Positions 37,949 to 44,062 of a stretch of 44,062 nt of DNA are shown in pieces. The DNA lies in NCBI GenBank assembly GCA_030610815.1, contig JAUWRA010000001.1, positions 1-44,062 on the forward strand. The letters run 5' to 3'. Numbering within the stretch: position 1 is the first letter of the stretch; each line of letters starts with the position of its first letter. Under the pieces are notes generated by a model. That model searched no databases and was not told the origin of the DNA. It saw only the letters and a program-made list of their open reading frames with translations. Made by a program: the position numbers and the translations under genes. Source of the DNA: Methanosarcinales archaeon. GTDB taxonomy: Archaea > Halobacteriota > Methanosarcinia > Methanosarcinales > Methanocomedenaceae.

Positions 37949-38467
37949 GGCACTGGTAAGACCACCATATCCCACATCCTGGGTAAGAAGTACAGGATCA
38001 TAGATATTAACCGGATGATAACTGATGAAGGACTGCATACCGGAAGGGATGAACTGCGCGGTTCCCTGGTGGCAGATATGGAAGCACTCCAGGGACGCCT
38101 GGATGAACTGGTAAAAGGTGAGACCGTAACAATAATCATTGAAGGACACTTATCCCACTATCTGGAAGGGAGCGATGCGGTCATTGTGCTGCGGACCAGA
38201 CCCGGCGTACTGGCCCATAGGCTTGAGGAGAGGGCATATTTCAAGGAAAAGGTAAGGGAAAATATGGAAGCTGAAGCACTGGATGTAATACTGGTTGAAA
38301 CCACCCTGAAGCACGACAGGGTCTATGAAGTAGAGACCACCACATCCTCACCCGAAGATGCTGCCATCCTGGTGGATTCGATAATCGGGCACCTGTCGGC
38401 AGGTAACTTTGAGCAGGTGGAAAGGTATCTGCCCGGTCGGTTCGACTGGAGCGAGGAGGTGTTCTGA
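37922..38467 (+). CDS. Adenylate kinase-like NTPase (AK6/Fap7 type)
   Basis: 181 aa. P-loop LTGTPGTGKTT at the extreme N-terminus. Size and pattern are typical of archaeal Fap7. Confidence 0.8.
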   Translation: MIIALTGTPGTGKTTISHILGKKYRIIDINRMITDEGLHTGRDELRGSLVADMEALQGRLDELVKGETVTIIIEGHLSHYLEGSDAVIVLRTRPGVLAHRLEERAYFKEKVRENMEAEALDVILVETTLKHDRVYEVETTTSSPEDAAILVDSIIGHLSAGNFEQVERYLPGRFDWSEEVF

Positions 38468-39084
38468 TGACCCTCAACACCTACAGGCCGTATATTAGTT
38501 TTATCCTGGAACCTTCAGCCTCAGCCCTTTCCCGCATGGGACTGACCCCAAACAATGTCTCTATGCTCTCGCTCATATTTGCACTGATGTCAGGTGTATC
38601 CTACTATTATTCCCCGGACAACCGGTTGTACCTGGCCGCTGCCCTGGTATTTGTTATACTGAATTCATTCACAGACGCCTTGGACGGCGTGATGGCACGC
38701 CAGAAGAACATCCAGTCGGACCGGGGCGACCTGCTGGACCATGTCATTGACAGGTATGCCGATACCTTCATCATTTGCGGCATATTCTTTGCCGGATATG
38801 CCCACTGGATGATTGGAGCGGCCGCCATCACAGGAGTGCTGATAACCAGCTACATGGGCACCCAGGCCCAGGCTGTAGGAGTAGGCCGGGATTACGGCGG
38901 TATCATGGGACGGGCGGACCGGCTGGCACTTATAATCATGGTCACTGCCGCAAATGTTGTTTACCCTTTCGAGATATATTCTATGCAACTGCTGGGCTGG
39001 GTTATCGTGGTGATTGCAATCATGTCCCACTTCACGGCACTGCAGCGGTTTTTACGCATCTGGAGTGAGATGGAGCAAGAATAA
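38467..39084 (+). CDS. CDP-alcohol phosphatidyltransferase (candidate archaetidylinositol-phosphate synthase)
   Basis: 205 aa, multi-pass membrane protein. DALDGVMARQ...DRGDLLDHVIDRYAD signature. ATGA-type overlap with the upstream gene. Confidence 0.85.
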   Translation: MTLNTYRPYISFILEPSASALSRMGLTPNNVSMLSLIFALMSGVSYYYSPDNRLYLAAALVFVILNSFTDALDGVMARQKNIQSDRGDLLDHVIDRYADTFIICGIFFAGYAHWMIGAAAITGVLITSYMGTQAQAVGVGRDYGGIMGRADRLALIIMVTAANVVYPFEIYSMQLLGWVIVVIAIMSHFTALQRFLRIWSEMEQE

Positions 39085-39349
39085 TTATCGAATTGGATAC
39101 AATTGCGTGTATTCCGGATCGTATTTTTTTCATTCTCCCATCTTGATTCTACAAGGCGTCAATACTTATTCCCACCACTCACAATTGTTCTTTCAAATGA
39201 CATAGTTACTTAAGAGGTCGAAATTCAGGTTCAAGTAACTGCTAATGTCACGAAGCAATTTTTTGCACTCACAACAGTAGGGTTATAATACTGTAACAGA
39301 TTATACTACTTTTATTATCTCAAACCGGAAGTGTTTAAAGGGGAAATAA

Positions 39350-40174
39350 ATGATAACAAAAGTAGGAGTGGTCTCACGCTGCGATAAGCCAGGTGCTGTA
39401 GAAATAGCAAGGGGTATTATTGAACATTTCAAAGAAAAGCTGGACATCTATGTTGACCCGGGTACTGCAAGTGAACTGGGCATTGAAGGCGTTCCTGTGG
39501 CCCGGATGCGCGAGTTTGGTGTGCAGATGGTGATAACCATCGGCGGGGACGGCACAGTGCTAAGAACAGTCCAGCACATGGATGACCCCCTGCCAGTTAT
39601 ATCTGTAAACTTCGGAACCCTGGGTTTCCTTGTGGATGTGGAAGCTGATGATGCACTCCGGACCATAGATTCAGTCCTTTTTGGATTTGAAGTGGATGAG
39701 AGGTTTCGGATGGATATATGGATCAATGACATGAAACTTCCACCAGCTACTAACGAAGTGGTTATCATCACGGCCCACCCTGCCAAGATGCTTGCTTACA
39801 GGGTCTGGGTTGATGAACATGAACTTGAGGAACTGAGGGCTGATGGTTTGATCATAGCCACACCAACCGGTTCCACTGCATATGCCATGAGTGCAGGGGG
39901 CCCAATCGTTGACCCAAAGGTAGATACAATAGTAGTTGTGCCCCTGGCACCGTTCAAGCTTTCTTCCAGGCCTTGGGCCGTATCTGGCCAGAGTAATATT
40001 AAGGTGGAACTGCTGCTGCCTGACAAAGAAGCAGAAGTGGTGGTGGACGGGCAGTTCTCACAGGTAATTTCTTCCAGTGACATCATCAGGATCAAAAAGG
40101 CAGCTACACCGGCCCGGTTCGTGCGTATTAATTCCGACGGTTTCTACGAGAAGGTAAAAAGTAAATTACATTGA
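39350..40174 (+). CDS. nadK: NAD kinase
   Basis: 274 aa. GGDGTVLR and ATPTGSTAYAMSAGGP motifs. Confidence 0.9.
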   Translation: MITKVGVVSRCDKPGAVEIARGIIEHFKEKLDIYVDPGTASELGIEGVPVARMREFGVQMVITIGGDGTVLRTVQHMDDPLPVISVNFGTLGFLVDVEADDALRTIDSVLFGFEVDERFRMDIWINDMKLPPATNEVVIITAHPAKMLAYRVWVDEHELEELRADGLIIATPTGSTAYAMSAGGPIVDPKVDTIVVVPLAPFKLSSRPWAVSGQSNIKVELLLPDKEAEVVVDGQFSQVISSSDIIRIKKAATPARFVRINSDGFYEKVKSKLH

Positions 40175-40229
40175 ATAAAACATTTGGATTTAAGTCCTGA
40201 GATAACGTAAGAAGGGGCAGGTAATAGCA

Positions 40230-40916
40230 ATGATATTAGTGGTTTCAATTGGCGGGTCTGTGCTTACAAGCGATCTGGACCCTGAAAGGATCAGGAAATA
40301 TGCCAGCAGTATACAAGCACTTGCAGAGGAACACACCACGTATATTGTCGTCGGTGGGGGCAGGATTGCCAGGGATCACATAACTGCTGCCAGGGACCTG
40401 GGTGCAAATGAAGTGGAATGCGACATTATCGGTATCGACATGACCCGCATTAATGCAAAACTCCTCATTGTTGCCTTGGGAAACAGTGCCTATCCTGTAC
40501 CCCTCACCAGCTACCAGGATGCCAGGAATGCGGCACTAACAGGCAGGATTGTGGTGATGGGAGGCCTGATACCAGGACAGACAACTGATGCGGTATCGGC
40601 TGTAATGGCCGAATATGTGGGGGCTGACCTGCTCATCAATGCCACTTCAGTGGACGGGGTATATACTGCCGATCCCAACCTTGACAGCAAAGCAGAAAAG
40701 ATCTCCTCAATGACACCTTCCCGGCTGGTTGATATTGTAATGAAGACAGACATGAGCGCAGGTTCCAACTCGCCCCTGGACCCGCTGGCAGCCAAGATCA
40801 TCCAGCGGTGCGGGATCAAGACCTTTGTTATCGACGGCAGGGAGCCTGGGAACATCAATGAAGCTGCTGCCGGGCGCCATAACGGAACACTTATTTCCGT
40901 GAGCCCGGGCAGGTAA
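40230..40916 (+). CDS. pyrH: UMP kinase (archaeal type)
   Basis: 228 aa. VSIGGSVL, VVGGG and GQTTDAVSA motifs. Confidence 0.9.
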   Translation: MILVVSIGGSVLTSDLDPERIRKYASSIQALAEEHTTYIVVGGGRIARDHITAARDLGANEVECDIIGIDMTRINAKLLIVALGNSAYPVPLTSYQDARNAALTGRIVVMGGLIPGQTTDAVSAVMAEYVGADLLINATSVDGVYTADPNLDSKAEKISSMTPSRLVDIVMKTDMSAGSNSPLDPLAAKIIQRCGIKTFVIDGREPGNINEAAAGRHNGTLISVSPGR

Positions 40917-40917
40917 C

Positions 40918-41703
40918 ATGAGTTCCGGAATTTCGCCAGGTAAGATTGGTTTTTCCTGTAGGTCAGTTGTGGATGACCCGTTTGATTATGCCTTTGAACT
41001 TGAAGATATGGGTTTTTCAGGGTGGGAAATCGTCTGCGAGGGGAACCAGACACTTCTTGGTGATAACCTGGAAAAAATATCAAATGTCATTGAGACCACA
41101 GATCTTACCCTTACGATCCACCTTCCTTTCTCAGACCTTAACCTTGCAAGCCTGAATGAGAACATATGGGACGAAACCATTCACCAGATGACGGAAATAA
41201 TCGGGTTGTCGGCACCTTTTTCACGCCTGGCAGTGGTACATCCGGGACATCTTTCACCTTTGGGTATGCAGATGCCTGACCTTGCGTGGGACCGCAACAT
41301 AGAGGGTCTGCAGAGGTTGTGCGATCTTGCAGCCGAATATGATGTGACCATTGGTGTGGAGAATATGGTCAACATGGATTTTATATTTGGCAGGCAGGCA
41401 GAGGAAATGCTGGGTATGATAGAGTCGGTTGACCGTGATAACCTGGGGCTGACCTTTGATGTGGGGCATGCCAATACCAATGCAAGGGTAGATGAATTCC
41501 TTGATAAATGTCTTGACAAGGTTGTACATGTGCACCTGCATGATAACCATGGTAAAAAAGACGAGCATCTGCCTGCCGGGCAGGGGACTGTTGACTGGAA
41601 AAAAGTGTGCCGTGCGATTCAATATCTTGATGTGAGGTTTATACTTGAATCACGGTCCATAGAGGAGGGAAAGACAAGTCTTGGGTATATTGCAGGTGAT
41701 TGA
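40918..41703 (+). CDS. Xylose isomerase-like TIM-barrel protein (sugar phosphate isomerase/epimerase family)
   Basis: 261 aa. HLPF, VVHPGH, GVENM, DVGHAN and HLHDNHG metal-ligand-style motifs of the AP_endonuc_2 fold. Confidence 0.8.
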   Translation: MSSGISPGKIGFSCRSVVDDPFDYAFELEDMGFSGWEIVCEGNQTLLGDNLEKISNVIETTDLTLTIHLPFSDLNLASLNENIWDETIHQMTEIIGLSAPFSRLAVVHPGHLSPLGMQMPDLAWDRNIEGLQRLCDLAAEYDVTIGVENMVNMDFIFGRQAEEMLGMIESVDRDNLGLTFDVGHANTNARVDEFLDKCLDKVVHVHLHDNHGKKDEHLPAGQGTVDWKKVCRAIQYLDVRFILESRSIEEGKTSLGYIAGD

Positions 41704-41843
41704 AATTATGGGTGAAATTTCAGGCAATTGAAACGACACTGTATCATTTTCCAGTTATTTTTCAGACACGATTTACATGGATTGATGCTGATTTTATGTT
41801 CATTTTCTGAACTGATGTACTGTACACGATTCGGGCACGTGTG
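41437..41843 (+). repeat. Direct repeat copy A (last 267 nt of the TIM-barrel gene plus ~140 nt downstream)
   Basis: Aligns with 43529-43922. In the coding part I count about 13 substitutions and one 1-nt deletion in copy B. The downstream part is more diverged and contains indels. Confidence 0.9.
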
Positions 41844-42052
41844 GCAGATATCCAGGTACAGGTTTGTTACTATCCTTAACCCGCATCTGAGTACGGAGGA
41901 TGTGTCCCGGTCCCAACGGTTCAACTGTTAAGTCCCTTCCCTCGCAGTGGGAGAGCGAAAAGGTCGAGGGCGGCAGGACTAAGACCTATCTGCCATTAGG
42001 GAGTTTTAAAAAATCAAACCACCCGCTTCATCTAATTGCGAATTCTTTAAAT

Positions 42053-42072
42053 ATTATTGTGTACACAATAAT
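42053..42072. promoter_or_regulatory. Perfect 20-bp palindrome between a TATA-like TTTAAATA and the ATPase start codon
   Basis: ATTATTGTGTACACAATAAT at 42053-42072. The ATG is at 42077 and TTTAAATA lies just upstream. Confidence 0.4.
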
Positions 42073-42076
42073 TGTT

Positions 42077-43510
42077 ATGGCAATAAAATCTGAGTTCATC
42101 AACAGAAAAGATGAACTGAAGTATCTTGAAGAGGAGTACAATAAACAGGACTTCAGGTTCATTTCAGTTGTCGGGCGGCGGCGGCTTGGGAAAACAAGGC
42201 TCATTCAGGAATTCATAACAAACAGGTCAAACTACAGTTACTTCCTTGTGCCTGAGCTTAACGATATGGATACCAGGCTTGAGCTTTCAGGAAAGTTCCA
42301 TGAGAGCTTCGGATTGAGCTTCATCGGGACACCTTCATGGAATGAAATATTCGAAAAGCTCTTCGTGCACTCTCAGAAGAGGCAGATGATAGTGATATTT
42401 GATGAATTCCAGAGGTTTTTTAATATCAACAAGGGCATTTTTTCATTGCTGCAGGAATTCATAGACCGATATGCAAAAGATTCAGGAATGTTTCTGATAG
42501 TTTCAGGCTCATCAATAGGCATGATGCACAAGATATTCGATCATGCATCCCCCCTGTACGGGAGAAGGACCGGTCAGCTTTATTTCCAGCCTTTTAACTT
42601 TTTTGCATTAAAAGAGTGGTTTCCTTCGTTCCCCACGAACAGGCTTGTTGAGATATATGCGATATATGGCGGCACTCCGAAATACCTCGAAGACGTTGAG
42701 AGCAGGAATGTCATGGCAAACATACAACGGATGCTGTCCGGAACAGGCATTCTTTACAACGAGCCCGAGATCCTGATAAAAACTGAGATATCAGACAGTT
42801 ATAGCTACTTCAACATCTTAAAAAACATCTCAAAAGGGGTATCGAGATCGTCTGAAATTGCCGCTAGCTCCGGCTTAAAAACGACTTCGATCGACTATTA
42901 CCTTAATGTCCTGATCAACGATATGGATATCCTGAAAAAAGAGATCCCGGTTACAGAACCGGAAAAAAGCAAAAAAAGTATCTACCTGATAAAAGACAAT
43001 TTCTTTAGATTCTGGTTCAGGTACATATACCCGAACTATTCCGAGCTTGAGATAGGAAACACTTCGCGTGTGATGGAAAAGATAACTGCGGAATTGAACA
43101 CATTTACAGGTAGATCATTTGAAGATATTGCGCAGCAGTTTTTAATCGAACTGAACAGATCAAATAAACTCCCTTTTGTTTTTGGGAAGATCGGAAGGCA
43201 GTGGGGCAGGTTCAGGGGTGAGAATGGGAAGAATACCTATGAAATCGATATTGTTGCTTTAAATGAAAATACAAAGGATATCCTGTTTTGTGAGTGCAAA
43301 TGGGAGAACAAAAAGACGGATGCTGGTGTTTTAGAGGATCTGCAAAAGAAATCCGGATTCGTTAACTGGTATACCGGGGAAAGAAAAGAATATTTTGCAG
43401 TGATATCAAAAGCTGGTTTTACGCGCAGGGCAGAGAAGTTTGCAGAGCAGGAGGGGTTTTTGTTGTTTGATCTGGGAGATTTTGAAAATATTGCGGATAC
43501 AGACTTTTGA
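42077..43510 (+). CDS. Arch_ATPase/DUF234-type AAA ATPase with a C-terminal PD-(D/E)xK-like module
   Basis: 477 aa from the ATG at 42077 (the ORF track extends to 41900 through non-homologous leader sequence). Walker A VVGRRRLGKT, Walker B VIFDEFQ. The C-terminal YEIDIVAL...ILFCECKW resembles a D...ExK nuclease motif. Confidence 0.85.
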   Translation: MAIKSEFINRKDELKYLEEEYNKQDFRFISVVGRRRLGKTRLIQEFITNRSNYSYFLVPELNDMDTRLELSGKFHESFGLSFIGTPSWNEIFEKLFVHSQKRQMIVIFDEFQRFFNINKGIFSLLQEFIDRYAKDSGMFLIVSGSSIGMMHKIFDHASPLYGRRTGQLYFQPFNFFALKEWFPSFPTNRLVEIYAIYGGTPKYLEDVESRNVMANIQRMLSGTGILYNEPEILIKTEISDSYSYFNILKNISKGVSRSSEIAASSGLKTTSIDYYLNVLINDMDILKKEIPVTEPEKSKKSIYLIKDNFFRFWFRYIYPNYSELEIGNTSRVMEKITAELNTFTGRSFEDIAQQFLIELNRSNKLPFVFGKIGRQWGRFRGENGKNTYEIDIVALNENTKDILFCECKWENKKTDAGVLEDLQKKSGFVNWYTGERKEYFAVISKAGFTRRAEKFAEQEGFLLFDLGDFENIADTDF

Positions 43511-43528
43511 ACAGAGCGCAAGTGCTTT

Positions 43529-43794
43529 GAAAACCTGGGGCTGACCTTTGATGGGGGCATGCCAATACCAACGCAAGGGTAGATGAATTCCTTGATAAAT
43601 GTCTTGACAGGGTTGTACATGTGCACCTGCATGATAACCATGGTACAAAAGACGAGCATCTGCCTGCCGGACTGGGGACTGTTGACTGGAAAAAAGTGTG
43701 CCGTGTAATTCAATATCTTGATGTAAGGTTCATACTTGAATCACGGTCCATAGAGGACGGAAAGGCAAGTCTTGGGTATATTGCAGGTGATTGA
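43529..43794 (+). pseudogene. TIM-barrel gene 3' fragment carrying a frameshift
   Basis: Homologous to 41437-41703. GATG-GGGCATG versus GATGTGGGGCATG removes 1 nt near the 5' end of the fragment. The same stop context GGTGATTGA is present. Confidence 0.85.
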
Positions 43795-43922
43795 AATTAC
43801 AGGTGATTGAAGCGACACTGTATCACTTTCCAGTTATTTTCCAGACACGATTTACACGGATTGACGCTGATATGATGTTCATCTCCGGACTTGATGGACT
43901 GTGAACGATTCGTGCGGGTGTG
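43529..43922 (+). repeat. Direct repeat copy B (displaced TIM-barrel 3' end plus downstream)
   Basis: See copy A. Sequence upstream of 43529 is the end of the ATPase gene. Confidence 0.9.
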
Positions 43923-44062
43923 AAACACAAGTTCGAGAGATATTTTTCAATCTAAAATCAACCGTCTGTTGCTGATTTCCACGTAATATCTTTCAAATAG
44001 CCCATCATATAAAACTTTTTTATACCAATAAAACCACTATCCAGTGCTCACTTCTCCCAATA

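Noticed and set aside
41880-42000. Possible tRNA fragment or att site in the leader of the ATPase insert (…GGTCCCAACGGTTCAACTGTTAAG…, CCCTCG…CGAGGG stem)
   Set aside because: I could not fold a cloverleaf or find a T-loop consensus. It has only a 6-bp stem, and that alone does not support a call.
43237-43713. 158-aa minus-strand ORF spanning the ATPase end and repeat copy B
   Set aside because: It crosses an insertion junction and is antisense to two recognisable coding sequences. Its counterpart (41254-41622) is antisense to the intact TIM-barrel gene.

Overview
This is an archaeal chromosomal segment. The gene content is thermosome, PAN, aMBF1, archaeal SepF, an L37e-Sm operon, Dph2, a small CbiX/CfbA-type chelatase, archaeal UMP kinase and a bacterial-type grpE-dnaK-dnaJ operon. 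That mix fits a Methanosarcinales-like methanogen or methanotroph, but the taxon is inferred and was not searched. Most of the window is ordinary housekeeping sequence, interrupted by AT-richer accessory DNA. (1) A UPF0175/PIN-like toxin-antitoxin (TA) cassette sits between two ~299-bp copies of the 3' end of a PEBP gene (2644-4609). (2) Two nicotianamine-synthase-like paralogs flank the small chelatase gene (4706-7194). (3) A ~10-kb type I restriction-modification (R-M) island lies between dnaJ and an ABC transporter (16909-26103), in the order hsdR, MNT, truncated HepT, scar region with a MITE-like element, AlbA_2/Schlafen-like gene, hsdS, HEPN, MNT, hsdM. (4) An Arch_ATPase/DUF234 ATPase with a PD-(D/E)xK-like tail is inserted between two ~400-bp copies of the 3' end of a TIM-barrel gene (41437-43922). 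Cases 1 and 4 contain no recombinase and share one architecture: an intact host gene, then cargo, then a displaced and slightly diverged copy of the gene's 3' end. I think this shared, apparently recombinase-free insertion mode is the most interesting signal. The window also holds five short-period tandem arrays (periods 11, 11, 13 and 28 bp, plus 10-bp subrepeats). There is also a hairpin/MITE repeat family, a G-depleted leader with a G-quadruplex motif, and a purB remnant. I found no CRISPR array, rRNA or convincing tRNA. All homology calls come from motif recognition by eye. Nothing was searched against a database.
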